From positions 14,641 through 78,640 of the forward strand of contig JAZDGT010000038.1 in the NCBI GenBank assembly GCA_043806635.1: DNA of 64,000 bases, written 5' to 3'. The stretch is from Methanobacteriota archaeon. GTDB taxonomy: Archaea > Thermoplasmatota > E2 > DHVEG-1. Made by a program: the position numbers and the translations under genes. Shown one piece after another: positions 39,201-47,214 of the stretch. Positions within the stretch are counted from its first letter, which is position 1. Every line of letters begins with the position of its first letter. The notes beneath the pieces are model-generated. The model worked only from the letters and a program-made list of their open reading frames with translations, did not search any database and was not told the origin of the DNA.

Positions 39201-40943
39201 ATTAGCTCCTCCAGAAATATTATATGGAGAGTCACCAATGTCATCGGAACCAGTGATATTTTGTCCAGGACCAGAAAAAAGATCATTACCAGTGTAATTA
39301 GACCAATAATTCCCACAAATGGGATAATCAAGATTCCAAACATTTATTGCCGAATCAAAAGCATCTTGGTTATTATCAATAAAATTATTATGATAGATAA
39401 CATTGTTATAAGAAGACCAAATACCAACTCCTAAATCATTTAATCTAATCGTATTATTAAAAACGATATTACGATTTGCTTCAGATAGGTATATCCCCAA
39501 CCCACTATTGGAACTGATATTATTATTTGAAATAATATTATCGTTATTGTTACTAGAATCCTTGAATACTATTCCATGGCCGTTTCCGATAAAAATATTT
39601 TTCTTTATCGTATTATTACTAGAATAAGACCATAAGCCAGCATTCTGATCTAATATGATTTTATTTTCAGTAATCGTACTATCATTTGAATTTGACAGTA
39701 ACCAGATACCAATTGAAACATTAACCGTATTTTGAATTGTAAATTCTGAGATAGTAACGTATTCGGCGGAAATTGAGATGACCGTATAACCATTTTTTCC
39801 ATCAATAATTGTTGTATCTTTATCTTCACCCCGAAGAGTTATAGTCTTATTAATAATGATATTTTCAGTATACATCCCATGATAAACAAAAATAGTATTA
39901 CCTGATGTGGCATTATTGATGCCTTCTTGAATCGTTCGAACATGTGTCTTATCATACCATTCAAGTAATCCATTGCCATCAACAAAGATATCAATTAATG
40001 AATCTGAAGGCCAAGGATCCATTAAAGGATAATTATCTTGATTATTTCCACCCGCTACATTATATGAAGTGTCACCAAATCCATCAGCACCGGTTGCATT
40101 TTGTCCAGGGCCTGAAAAAAAATCCTTGCCAGTGTAATCGGACCAATAATTTCCGCCCCCTGATGAATATCCATTGTCCCAAGTGTTCGTATTATCATCA
40201 TATGCATTTTCAGTGTTATTGATGAAGTTATTATGATAAATTATATTTCCCGTACTGCCCAAAATATTTAGACCATTTTGATTAAAGGAGATACTGTTTC
40301 CGATAAAACTATTGAAATTTGAAGATGATTCAAGTCTTATGCCATAATGAGTATTGTTAAGAATAATATTTTTTTGCAAAATATTGTGAGTTGAAAGTCT
40401 TAATCTAATTCCATTTCTACAATTAACAATAATATTTTCAGAAACAGTAGTATATTGAGGATGGTGCATCTCGATTCCAATTTCACCATTCTCAATTACA
40501 TTCCCAAAAAAATTATTATAATCCGAACCCCACATGAAAACAGTTGAATATAAAGTATATCCCAGGGTTCTAATCGTAAATCCACTAACATTTACATTAT
40601 CTTCTCTGATATTGAGGACATAAGTACCACCACTATTAATTATTGTGTTATCTTTATTCTCGCCAATTAAATTAATTGATTTGGTTATAATTAAATGCTC
40701 ATTATAAGTTCCGTTAAATACAAAAATCGTATAACCATCTACTGCATCGTCAATTGCAGATTGAATACTAGTATAGTTATTTGGTCCACTTCCCCCAACA
40801 TATAATGTTTGTCCACGATCTAATAAAAATAATTTATCCGCATTGGTTTCAATTTTTTGTATACTTGCGACAACCGTTGATCCTAATAATATCGCTATTA
40901 TACTGAAAACCAAACATATTCCATATCGGTTATTTTTATTCAT
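33201..40943 (-). CDS. Giant secreted surface/adhesin-like protein 2 (about 2580 aa)
   Basis: Start MNKNNRYGICLVF at 40943 is preceded by GGGGGAAAAAGA. Three beta-helix tracts. An 8-bladed PQQ/BamB-like beta-propeller (~36740-37760). Three FN3-like units (~35870-36730). One DUF2341-like plus LamG-like module (~34695-35690). Same C-terminal module as giant 1. Confidence 0.85.
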   Translation of the reverse strand: MNKNNRYGICLVFSIIAILLGSTVVASIQKIETNADKLFLLDRGQTLYVGGSGPNNYTSIQSAIDDAVDGYTIFVFNGTYNEHLIITKSINLIGENKDNTIINSGGTYVLNIREDNVNVSGFTIRTLGYTLYSTVFMWGSDYNNFFGNVIENGEIGIEMHHPQYTTVSENIIVNCRNGIRLRLSTHNILQKNIILNNTHYGIRLESSSNFNSFIGNSISFNQNGLNILGSTGNIIYHNNFINNTENAYDDNTNTWDNGYSSGGGNYWSDYTGKDFFSGPGQNATGADGFGDTSYNVAGGNNQDNYPLMDPWPSDSLIDIFVDGNGLLEWYDKTHVRTIQEGINNATSGNTIFVYHGMYTENIIINKTITLRGEDKDTTIIDGKNGYTVISISAEYVTISEFTIQNTVNVSIGIWLLSNSNDSTITENKIILDQNAGLWSYSSNNTIKKNIFIGNGHGIVFKDSSNNNDNIISNNNISSNSGLGIYLSEANRNIVFNNTIRLNDLGVGIWSSYNNVIYHNNFIDNNQDAFDSAINVWNLDYPICGNYWSNYTGNDLFSGPGQNITGSDDIGDSPYNISGGANQDNYPLMMPWGIIPPADIYVDDNADPTWYNETHVRTIQEGINRASIHDIIYVHTGTYNENVIVNKTINLIGEDKNNTIIDGSRDTVMRIISPMVIVSGFTIQNGGDTMDDSGIFIASDSNIIIDNIVNNTETNIEIVNSSYNIVSGNIVGFNTDGKGASNMCGIVLDHSFFNVVEDNRFEYIATPICIINSNNNEIQNNIILDLCEGLYIESSSNLTIVNNLFNHSGIIIRGESIDHFTTHTIENNYVNFKPIRYYKNQNNLVVPNDAGQVILANCTNITIEDLDFSGTVVGVQLHFCSFSTIRENTFGDNLWAGCFVSNSHHNFIYNNVINNVIWYSGIMLMNSSNNSIYRNICAVNGSGYGFNIYNSEDNKLFENLVVNNYVGMYFRSSNNNIIYHNNFINNTINANIFSGLGNNLWDDGYPSGGNYWDDYNGSDLFSGPNQNMNYSDGIGDTPYNISGGVNQDRYPFMQPYGWNEPEIDWWSMFHHDQYHSGYSTSTAPETNTVIWNYSAIISIYSSPATVNNKVYFGSSNNRVYCLNASTGEQIWTYGTYDCVDSSPVVYKGKVYIGSDDGHLYCLNASTGDWIWQYTTNHVVWSSPTVADEKVYFGSNRALYCINASTGAKIWNYTIGFTIYSSPAVANGKVYIGSDDNNVYCFNATTGEKIWNYTTGGDVTSSPAIANGKVYIGSYDHNVYCLNATTGAKIWNYNTFDWIHSSPAVVDGKVYIGSASYKVYCLNASTGEQIWNYTTGASISSSPAVADGKVYIGSYDHNVYCLNATTGEKIWNYTTGFTVYSSPAVANGKVYVGSRDSKLYCFGPYENFPPRVPNNPNPANESTDVRTNSILTWNGGDPNHGDSCTYDVFLGVTPSVQKVSSNQTQTTYTPGILNFNTTYYWRIIAWDMYNASTIGPLWHFTTKQDSPPTQPSNPHPINNSINISFNTDLSWSPSTDPDYGDTITYDVCFGTTNPPQKNVSNQTSTMYDPGLLLSGTTYYWRIIAWDNHNVSTRSPLWCFTTDHPPYQPSNPHPDNHTINVDVEANLNWIGGDPDMGDRVTYDVYFGTINPPLKMVSNQTTTTYNPETMNYNTTYYWQITAWDKSPDNLSTSGPIWWFKTIDITPPEWRNQGQNHTLVPPGTYNSLYSQGRDNAGLDYAYLSTNESGYWFNYSGGEWWNTNWRYQKPILINHTLIPGSLTDFPVFISTTSPNFINHAQENGNDFVFIDQTNTVQLNHEIESYNSTTGELVVWVKVPFLSPTTDTVLYLYYGNPNCANQENSEGAWSNGYAMVHHLDGVGIPNLKDSTSNHWDITSAGGNPLFNQPGKIGTCVDFDGVNDYLKADAFQLLTDGSHTASAWVYVDGNAGQRKYLFESHSDVSVSLLVWTNETFKARTRTASSVPVCYSHTAVNPSNPQWYYVCSRVNADTNLLDIFVNGVYEAGTFFTGTVNPATGFDIGMSNLNSYWMNGKIDEIHVSNSARNNTWIRTEYNMITQPTVFTSVGDETKSVYAYGSPMDLYTGPGEWVWTNFTWQNPEIPNGTTVGWRIFYVDLSGNKNCTPVLSFQIGIPTPIIINGYCSYRNGYEVNPVNVEIINLNAGLHWMADTNGNYYSLELLRDTQITVGDVLRIIARDQNESVNVTDYITTVSDFEEGIITINPVLDIHYRDLKHFPYYLSQVNSGAMVMKQMMDYLMWNSTIYPQPQDLYSEQTIYNNYSGGDWINTSELCSGLNTEINDYQNGWIYGYFFSPSAQDQALDALKSAVIWLDYNISGSNEHRLVDVPKLGHPYHVPIAVPTGGNYNHWMTIRGIHTNRSMWDSSVPGDHHLINGPITIYGFWMNDPSTGGLGENTYVTAEYFTTAYFQPLNTPGDYYNNKYVVITDPPQNSPPVDTTLLTLNTANPQGFTKDEIKQVQTTQKNKQTTQLNTIYISKAQQLVHDVLRYDPTELDQTFTESTVLKTPTYKGNTVIIIFNHPNGTVFTVSLNKTTGELKQFSINEKNQIKK
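33241..34505. repeat. 3'-terminal repeat copy B, shared by the two giant genes
   Basis: See copy A. The encoded C-terminal ~340 aa (from DIHYRDLK to the end) are roughly nine-tenths identical by eye. Confidence 0.8.
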
Positions 40944-41015
40944 TCTTTTTCCCCCGATTAAGATAGAGATAAGATACAATAACTACTCATAAATATAAAC
41001 TTTTGTAATAAAAAT

Positions 41016-41031
41016 TGTAACATTTGTTACA
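41016..41031. promoter_or_regulatory. Inverted repeat upstream of giant gene 2, positional equivalent of 33093-33112
   Basis: TGTAACA-tt-TGTTACA, embedded in the same conserved context (ATAAAC.TTT.GT.ATAAAAATTG...TAATTAAAA) as the giant-1 promoter. Confidence 0.5.
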
Positions 41032-41121
41032 TAAATTAAAAATTACTATCGACAACAACAGTATCCAGATTCTATACTTGTCTCCCTTTGCGTATCCTCC
41101 AGAAATACACAATATCAGGAT

Positions 41122-43230
41122 TTAATATTCCGTCACCTTGAATTTCCCATGAGCTGGCTCATAGATCTGACCATTCCGTTTCAGTCGATCCAAGACTTCA
41201 TCGACTTTACTGGATTCTATCCCCTGGATCTCTGCTTCACTGATAATATCAGTTCGTGCTGCATTCCCCTCAGTGGACTCTTTACTGATCCGTTTAATGA
41301 TATCAATGATGTTCCGCATCCGCTCATGCTGACTGTGACTAATCCCTGTGGCGATGACATCGATGTCGAACCGCCCGGTCTCTCGATCCATTCCGACCCG
41401 ACGCAAGTACTGATCAATGATCGAGATCGCCCGTTTCGCATCCTCAACCGTCGCCTCCTCACTCAGACGAATGCGCGCGCTCGCCTCAGCCAGACGCACA
41501 AACGCCTCAAGCTGACGAGGAGTAAACGGCACCGAATCCTCCGAAGAGCTACGGAAATCAACATAGTACGTCCGCAGCATATCTAACGCGTCATCGCTGA
41601 TGACGGGGAACACATTCCTCTTTGAATATGCGATGTACTTTCGTAACAACTCAGGCTCAAACGTCGGCATCACATGTTTCATCAACTCCGCTCCTTGCTC
41701 AGCGGAAAATAACGAATGCTTTGATTTGATGATGTTCTGCTGGATCTCCCCCGCCTTATGAGACAGCAGGATATGCGTTGCCATAGCCGTATCCTTCTTC
41801 CGATTCGGTTTATCAAGAATAGAAAAAATAAGATCAAAACGAGACAATAGCGCCGGCGGCATATTGATCTGCTCGTGAATCGGCAGGAACTCATCAAAAC
41901 GACCCAGCTTCGGGTTCGCCGCCGCCAAAATACTACACCGGGATTTCAATGTCGCGTTAATACCAGCTTTCGCCACCGAGATCTCCTGCTGCTCCATCGC
42001 CTGATGCATACTACTCCGATCAGTCTCCTCCATCTTATCAATCTCATCAATACACGCAACTCCCATATCCGCCAGCACCAACGCACCCGCCTCAAGCGTC
42101 CACTGCCCCTCACCGAACTCATCACGTACCGCTGCAGCCGTAAGACCAGCCGCGGATGACGCCTTCCCTGATGCGTACACGCTCCGAGGCGCAAGCTTCG
42201 CTATATAGGATAACAGTTGTGATTTAGCCGTACCCGGATCACCCACCAACAAGGTATGGATATCACCACGAATATGCGTCCCATCAGGCATCTCCTTCGC
42301 TATCCCACCGAACAACTGCAACGCCAATGCCTCCTTCTCAATATCCATCCCAAAGATTGTCGGCGCGATACTCTCCTTAATCTTCTCATAAATCCCTGGG
42401 TCCTGGCTCATCGACAGAATCGTTTTTTCATCCTCCTCAGTCACCTCGACTTCCTCAAACGCCATCTCCTGACTCTCCACACTCACCGCATCAACCGTCT
42501 TATCAAACGACGTCAACCGGAACGTCCCCCGACGCCGCGCCATCGAATGCAGAATACCATTCACCACCACCCGATCACCAGGCGCAATCTCCCCCACCAG
42601 ATCATCCTCCAAATACACACTGATACGCTCCGGCTGCGCACCACCACGCAACCCCTCAGGGTTCTCCTGAACCTCCACCTTCTGCGAATCAATAAACGTG
42701 GACATATTCGTCGTCAACTTAAACGAAGAAACACGACCGCATCCTCCCTGATCCTCAGAACACTCAGAAGGCTCCTTCAAAATATCTTCATCCTGATCAA
42801 TATTAATCACCGCACCACACTTCTGACACTGAAACGCACCCACAAGAAGCTTCGGACGCACCTCAGTCCGCTTCTTCACCAACCCCTCCACCGCCGCAAG
42901 CTTCCCAATATGACTCGCACGAATCTTCCGAATCAACACCTTATGCGTCTCAGGAATATTCACTACACGGAAATGCAGCACCAGCTTCTGCTCCGCCGCC
43001 ACATCAATCGACTTCAACGCCTCATCCGCATTAAACAACGTTTTATACGGCTGATTCAACAACAACTCCGCCAGCTTCGGATCCGCCTTATCAATCACCC
43101 AATAATCCACATACAAACTCTTTTTCTCAGGGTACTCCAACGCAAGCGTCTCAATCTCCGACTTGCAGTTCTCCTCAAAAAAATTCCGCCACGAAGCAAC
43201 TAAATTATCATCTTTCAATAACCGCACCAT
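41122..43230 (-). CDS. mcm: MCM replicative helicase
   Basis: Zn finger CQKCG...C..GGCG, Walker A GDPGTAKS, Walker B CIDEIDKM, arginine finger SRFDLIF, C-terminal winged-helix-like tail. 702 aa. Confidence 0.95.
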   Translation of the reverse strand: MVRLLKDDNLVASWRNFFEENCKSEIETLALEYPEKKSLYVDYWVIDKADPKLAELLLNQPYKTLFNADEALKSIDVAAEQKLVLHFRVVNIPETHKVLIRKIRASHIGKLAAVEGLVKKRTEVRPKLLVGAFQCQKCGAVINIDQDEDILKEPSECSEDQGGCGRVSSFKLTTNMSTFIDSQKVEVQENPEGLRGGAQPERISVYLEDDLVGEIAPGDRVVVNGILHSMARRRGTFRLTSFDKTVDAVSVESQEMAFEEVEVTEEDEKTILSMSQDPGIYEKIKESIAPTIFGMDIEKEALALQLFGGIAKEMPDGTHIRGDIHTLLVGDPGTAKSQLLSYIAKLAPRSVYASGKASSAAGLTAAAVRDEFGEGQWTLEAGALVLADMGVACIDEIDKMEETDRSSMHQAMEQQEISVAKAGINATLKSRCSILAAANPKLGRFDEFLPIHEQINMPPALLSRFDLIFSILDKPNRKKDTAMATHILLSHKAGEIQQNIIKSKHSLFSAEQGAELMKHVMPTFEPELLRKYIAYSKRNVFPVISDDALDMLRTYYVDFRSSSEDSVPFTPRQLEAFVRLAEASARIRLSEEATVEDAKRAISIIDQYLRRVGMDRETGRFDIDVIATGISHSQHERMRNIIDIIKRISKESTEGNAARTDIISEAEIQGIESSKVDEVLDRLKRNGQIYEPAHGKFKVTEY

Positions 43231-43290
43231 GCAAACGACACTCCCCCAAAATAAATTGGTTATCCCACATCACCAGTCTCCTATAAAAAT

Positions 43291-43621
43291 GTTAGCGGGT
43301 GTAGAAACCCCTTAAGTGGACGCACGTGCCATCTACTGACTACCCATCTGCGTTCTCAACCCCGTTAACCCTCTGAGCATCAGTAGTCTATGGTAAGGTT
43401 GCTCACTTCCGTGCCTCGCCCGGTTCCCACAGCAAAGACGCGACACATACTCCTCCGAGTATGCATCATCGTCACCCCTAATCCCAAAGGACAAGGTTTC
43501 ATAGGTAACAAATGGATCAATAGATGATCGTTACATCGCCTCGCAGATTCGACCCCAGCATATCGGCGATTTCTGGTTACAGGGAACGCCTAGCTCCCCG
43601 GTCTATTCTACACCTATCGCC
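43291..43621 (-). ncRNA. Signal recognition particle RNA (archaeal 7S RNA)
   Basis: The reverse complement contains CCCTGTAACCAGAAATCGCCGATATGCTGGGG (5' domain) and GGGAACCGGGCGAGGCACGGAAGTGAGCAACC (helix 8 with GGAA tetraloop and AGCA). Both closely resemble archaeal SRP RNA as I recall it. The 5' GGTGTAGAA pairs with the 3' TTCTACACC. An ATTTTTAT T-run follows the 3' end. The ends are approximate. Confidence 0.8.
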
Positions 43622-43631
43622 ATTTTCCTTT

Positions 43632-43922
43632 TCACCATGATCGTAACATAATAATCCGCAGATTCCTAAAGAACTGGAAGAAAATCAACGCGAACGCGAT
43701 CGACAAAAACGCGATATCACGACCAACATACAACCACGCCGTCGACAACAAATCACCAGCCCGGCCACTCGCCGCAAGCTTCCCCGCCTGATACGAATCC
43801 AGGATCAAGAACACAATACACAAAGCAATCACAACAAACAAGATAATATTAATATAGAATGATAGCCTGTTCCACGTCTTCTTCTCCATCGGATGAGCCC
43901 AACTCTCCGCCATACACATCAA
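43632..43922 (-). CDS. Small membrane protein (2-3 TM), hypothetical
   Basis: Hydrophobic segments INIILFVVIALCIVFLIL and IAFLSIAFALIFFQFF. No recognised motif. Confidence 0.4.
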   Translation of the reverse strand: MMCMAESWAHPMEKKTWNRLSFYINIILFVVIALCIVFLILDSYQAGKLAASGRAGDLLSTAWLYVGRDIAFLSIAFALIFFQFFRNLRIIMLRSW

Positions 43923-44128
43923 CCCTTGAAATATACAGGAGCATAAACTAATAGATATAAGAAAGTTATGATTCGTTCCAACCCCTTCCTAAGAAGCATT
44001 GAAGACCGTGGTATTCGCCCTTTTCTGTATATCAGCATATATTGATGAACTATGCAAACAACATATTCTTTTTTTTTATTTTTTATCATCCGTCACTTTC
44101 TTATACCGGCTCATACATTAAATCAATC

Positions 44129-44431
44129 ATGCTCACATCCAACAGTATCACAAAGATGCTGACTCAACATCAAAAAGAAATCCAACAATACGGCGTAAAA
44201 CGAATCGGGTTATTCGGTTCATATACAACAAATAACCACCATCGGAAAAGCGATATCGATATCCTCGTGGAGTTTCAAAAAGGAAAAAAAACGTTTGATA
44301 ACTACATGGAGTTAAAATTTTTTTTAGAAAAACTATTCAACCGCCCCGTTGACCTGGTCGTAAAAGAAGCACTAAAACTGGAGTTGAAACCTTCGATTTT
44401 AAAGAGTGTACGCTATGCCACGGGATTTTAG
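44129..44431 (+). CDS. Minimal nucleotidyltransferase (MNT) antitoxin of an MNT/HEPN pair
   Basis: GLFGSY...SDIDILVEF nucleotidyltransferase motif. About 100 aa from MLTSNS. Overlaps the HEPN gene by 17 nt. Confidence 0.8.
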   Translation: MLTSNSITKMLTQHQKEIQQYGVKRIGLFGSYTTNNHHRKSDIDILVEFQKGKKTFDNYMELKFFLEKLFNRPVDLVVKEALKLELKPSILKSVRYATGF

Positions 44432-44755
44432 CATCTTTCTCAAAGACATCCAGAATGCTATTCACCGAATCGACAAATACACCAAAGGTCTTTCATATGA
44501 AGAATTCTGCGAAAACCAGTTAATACAAGATGGGGTAGTACGGAATCTTGAAATCATCGGAGAAGCAGTAAAACATATCCCCAAAGAAGCACAAAATACC
44601 CTCAGATTGAATGGAAAAAGATAGCAGGATTACGAGATATACTTATACATGCGTATTTTGGGGTTGATCGAGGTATCGTCTGGGATATCATTAAAACCAA
44701 AACCCCGGTACTGAAGAAACAAGTTAGATTGATTTTGAACCAGAGAAAAAAATAA
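44415..44755 (+). pseudogene. HEPN (DUF86) toxin gene with a 1-nt frameshift in an A-run (~44593-44596)
   Basis: The first frame reads MPRDFSIFLKDIQNAIHRIDKY...RNLEIIGEAVKHIPKEAQ and then stops at 44622-44624. A shifted frame continues [33 protein letters not shown]...RKK to a stop at 44753-44755. The R-x4-H RNase motif lies downstream of the shift. Confidence 0.75.
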
Positions 44756-44836
44756 GAGTGATCTTCCGCGAGAGATAATCAATACAGATACGATATACGG
44801 GTGCTGATTTTTAAAAAAGATTATTGATTTTTTATA

Positions 44837-44880
44837 GAACAAACCCTTAAATAACAGGAGCAATATTGATTACTCTGGGG
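44837..44880 (+). promoter_or_regulatory. Conserved promoter/leader copy 1 of the small-protein family
   Basis: GAACAAACCCTTAAATAACAGGAGCAATATTGATTACTCTGGGG recurs almost unchanged at 47498-47543. It contains a TTAAATAA TATA-like box. The match is out of frame relative to the two ATGs, so the conservation is at nucleotide level. Confidence 0.55.
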
Positions 44881-44889
44881 AAAAGAGTT

Positions 44890-45297
44890 ATGCGGAAGAT
44901 ACTTACAATAGGAAGTATCGTAGCGGTTATAATTCTTGTTCTTACAACGTATCCATCGATTGTTAGTGCGCAAACAATTAAATCTGAAAATACAAAACAA
45001 GAAAAATTACCCACTATTTTACATTTATTAAGAACGAAATCAACTGTGCAATTTGGAGAAGGAATTTCGTTAATTATTCTTGCAATAAAATTTGCAATTT
45101 TTTTTATTATCTCACTTTTTTATTCTACTTTGGGAGCTATTGATCTTTTTACTTCACTCACTAATGCAGGAGTTTTAGGCGCATTGTTTATTATTTTAGT
45201 GACTCCACCTTTATGGTTATTAATATTTGTAGAGGCATTTTTAAACGCTCTCTTCGGATTAGCTTTTTCAGAAGGAAGTGGTTATTACTATCCGTAG
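44890..45297 (+). CDS. Small secreted/membrane protein family, member 1 (135 aa, multi-TM tail)
   Basis: MRKILTIGSIVAVIILVLTTYPSIVSAQTIKSEN signal peptide, then about 3 hydrophobic helices. Confidence 0.65.
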   Translation: MRKILTIGSIVAVIILVLTTYPSIVSAQTIKSENTKQEKLPTILHLLRTKSTVQFGEGISLIILAIKFAIFFIISLFYSTLGAIDLFTSLTNAGVLGALFIILVTPPLWLLIFVEAFLNALFGLAFSEGSGYYYP

Positions 45298-45313
45298 AAA
45301 TTTATGGAGGAAT

Positions 45314-45529
45314 ATGAACAAGAAAATCTTCATCGGAACAACCCTTGCTGTCATCATCGTGTTTGCGAGATTCAGTACTTTAGCAAGTGCACAATCAACT
45401 TCATTAAAAGACTCTCTATTAACTAAAATCAAAGCGAAGATTGATTGGAAACCAGGAGATATTATAGGTTCTATTCTCGGATTGATTGGTCTTATATTTT
45501 TAATTCTATTTGGTTGGATGTTCCCATAA
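45314..45529 (+). CDS. Small secreted/membrane protein family, member 2 (71 aa)
   Basis: MNKKIFIGTTLAVIIVFARFSTLASAQSTS signal. K-rich linker IKAKIDWKPGD. C-terminal TM IIGSILGLIGLIFLILFGWMFP. GGAGG lies 5 nt upstream. Confidence 0.7.
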   Translation: MNKKIFIGTTLAVIIVFARFSTLASAQSTSLKDSLLTKIKAKIDWKPGDIIGSILGLIGLIFLILFGWMFP

Positions 45530-45544
45530 ATTAGAGGAGAAGAG

Positions 45545-45811
45545 ATGAAACGCAAGATAATAATCGGAAGTATCGGTGCAATCCTTATAGTTGTGTTAGC
45601 TTCGTTCAGTTCTGTAGCAAGTGCACAAACCATAAAATCAACTGTAGATGAAAAAACCTCTTTAATTCAGAATATTGTAAATAAAAAAGATAATCTGGCT
45701 TCTGGTGGGATTATTCAAATGATTTTAACATTAATCGGTGGATGTATTGGATTAATTTTGTTCTTTTGGTTTTTTTTAATTCTTTACTCGATTGGAGCTG
45801 TGGCGGTTTAA
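45545..45811 (+). CDS. Small secreted/membrane protein family, member 3 (88 aa)
   Basis: MKRKIIIGSIGAILIVVLASFSSVASAQTIKST signal. Linker NKKDNLASGG. C-terminal hydrophobic tail. Confidence 0.7.
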   Translation: MKRKIIIGSIGAILIVVLASFSSVASAQTIKSTVDEKTSLIQNIVNKKDNLASGGIIQMILTLIGGCIGLILFFWFFLILYSIGAVAV

Positions 45812-45824
45812 TAATTGATATAGT

Positions 45825-45860
45825 ATGAAAAGAAAGATAGTAACCGGAAGCATTCTCTAA
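45825..45860 (+). pseudogene. Truncated remnant of a family member (11 codons)
   Basis: ATGAAAAGAAAGATAGTAACCGGAAGCATTCTCTAA = MKRKIVTGSIL-stop. It mimics the start of member 3. Confidence 0.5.
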
Positions 45861-46031
45861 TACCCAGACCAGAACATTATGTTTGAATGTAAAAAGTGTT
45901 AGGTGTAGGCCGTAAGCCTCTTTATCACTCCAGTAAAATAATAAATTTCGATAGTTTAGAAGACGTAATTTTTTTTGTATAGCTAAGTTTTATTAAGCAC
46001 TGTCTGATGACAACATAGCAAGGAGAAAAGA

Positions 46032-46409
46032 ATGGAATTTCAAGTACCGAATGATATTAAAAAATTGAAAGAAAATCTAAAAAAAGGAACTCTCACAGTA
46101 TATGGAATCTCGTCTGTTTTTTGTGGCATTCTCGCATTGTCATTTATTTGGATATCACCTTTTTTTAGTATGTTTCTACCTTTGCCTGAAGGTGTATCTA
46201 TGTATCATACACCGTCTTTAGGTTTTGTTGCCATTGTTCGGTATTTAACCCCAAATTTTGCAGCAGCATCACTCGCTCTTGTTTTTGGAATGCTTGCCTA
46301 TTGGAGAAAAAAACCAAGAGATCATTATGGGAAAATTGGATTTATCCTTGGACTATTTGTAATAATCCTTGGTATATTTCAGTATATAATCGCTTCTTCC
46401 GTTTCTTAA
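46032..46409 (+). CDS. Small polytopic membrane protein (about 4 TM), hypothetical
   Basis: 125 aa. Unrelated to the signal-peptide family but embedded in the array. Confidence 0.5.
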   Translation: MEFQVPNDIKKLKENLKKGTLTVYGISSVFCGILALSFIWISPFFSMFLPLPEGVSMYHTPSLGFVAIVRYLTPNFAAASLALVFGMLAYWRKKPRDHYGKIGFILGLFVIILGIFQYIIASSVS

Positions 46410-46484
46410 AAGCGTCATTCATTAGCACAAAACATGATGTTCTAAAAACATGAAATAATAGAAATGTTTTGATGTAAGAAGCAA

Positions 46485-46622
46485 TTATTTCTTCTTGATT
46501 GTTTTGTAATGATCTATTAATCTCTGAATGACCTCAGAATAAGTTTCTCCTTTTTCCGCAATTTCAAATAGTTGGTCTTTAACATGATCCATTACTCGAA
46601 TTGTCGGCATCTTTGAATCCAT
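46485..46622 (-). CDS. 45-aa ribbon-helix-helix/VapB-like putative antitoxin (below the ORF-track length cutoff)
   Basis: My translation is MDSKMPTIRVMDHVKDQLFEIAEKGETYSEVIQRLIDHYKTIKKK. The pattern TIrV.d.vk..L......GEtySdvI.rLi resembles the archaeal small putative-antitoxin family as I recall it. Confidence 0.45.
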   Translation of the reverse strand: MDSKMPTIRVMDHVKDQLFEIAEKGETYSEVIQRLIDHYKTIKKK

Positions 46623-46662
46623 AGGATTTTTAGAAGGCAACATTTTCTATTAGAGAGATAAT

Positions 46663-46740
46663 ATGAATAAGAAAATCCTCATCGGAACTATCCTTACGAT
46701 AATAATTTTGTTATGTTTGATTTTTCAGCCTCGCCCATAA
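46663..46740 (+). pseudogene. Truncated remnant of a family member (25 codons)
   Basis: MNKKILIGTILTIIILLCLIFQPRP-stop. It has the family n- and h-regions but terminates before the cleavage site. Confidence 0.5.
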
Positions 46741-46832
46741 GATTCTTTTATAACAGTGTCGAACTAAAAATCTAATTATTGTTACAAAGGGTTAAATATC
46801 ACTTGTTATTTTGTATTATGTAGGGAGGATTC

Positions 46833-47129
46833 ATGAAAGGAAGAATACTTCTCATCGGAAGTGTATTAATTACATCATATTTGTTGATGATTTTGCCATC
46901 TGTTTCTGCAATTGAACATAACACAGTTATAGAAAAAAATAAATTCGAGCTTCTTGAAGAATTGAAGGATAAAATAAAAGATGGTGGTCTAAGCTTCGAT
47001 AATGAACTAATTAGAATTCTACTGATATTTTCAGTATTTTATGTATTATATAGAATTACAATGTATATAATTGGAATTCTTATTGGTAATACACCACCAT
47101 CAACACCAAGTAGACCATCACCAGCATAA
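46833..47129 (+). CDS. Small secreted/membrane protein family, member 4 (98 aa)
   Basis: MKGRILLIGSVLITSYLLMILPSVSAIEHN signal. Linker LKDKIKDGGLS. TM region. Pro/Ser/Thr tail GNTPPSTPSRPSPA. GGGAGG upstream. Confidence 0.65.
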   Translation: MKGRILLIGSVLITSYLLMILPSVSAIEHNTVIEKNKFELLEELKDKIKDGGLSFDNELIRILLIFSVFYVLYRITMYIIGILIGNTPPSTPSRPSPA

Positions 47130-47214
47130 TTTCATAATTTAAGAAGGATAAATGTGTTAGACTGGTATCCATGGCAACCAGGCGATTAATTTTACATCCT
47201 GGATATATTTGAGC

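Noticed and set aside
25115-40943. The giant proteins as archaeosortase substrates (PGF-CTERM-type sorting).
   Set aside because: Neither protein ends with a sorting motif plus TM helix plus basic tail. Both end in a soluble PepSY-like domain. No link to the archaeosortase at 63241 can be supported from this window.
42256-43203. 315-aa plus-strand ORF antisense to mcm, and similar long antisense or overlapping ORFs (1017..1250, 6862..7440, 8521..9006, 9013..9300, 48472..48876, 53808..54299, 53980..54372, 54414..54755).
   Set aside because: They have low-complexity, compositionally biased translations (R/H/L/T/P-rich or G/V/F/C/W-rich). They fully overlap strongly supported genes. They are the expected by-product of stop-codon depletion in the keto/amino-skewed blocks.
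44630-44863. 77-aa minus-strand ORF.
   Set aside because: It overlaps the 3' part of the HEPN gene antisense and has no motif. The plus-strand HEPN reading has clear family motifs.
45268-45633. 121-aa minus-strand ORF, and 47746..48015 (-) 89 aa, inside the small-protein array.
   Set aside because: They are antisense to two or three tandem plus-strand genes that have SD sequences and conserved signal peptides, so they are probably spurious.
47154-47189. The short reading VLDWYPWQPGD-stop as a third decayed family fragment.
   Set aside because: It is kept only as a remark. The similarity to the DWYPGE/DWKPGD linkers rests on about 9-14 nt and could be chance.
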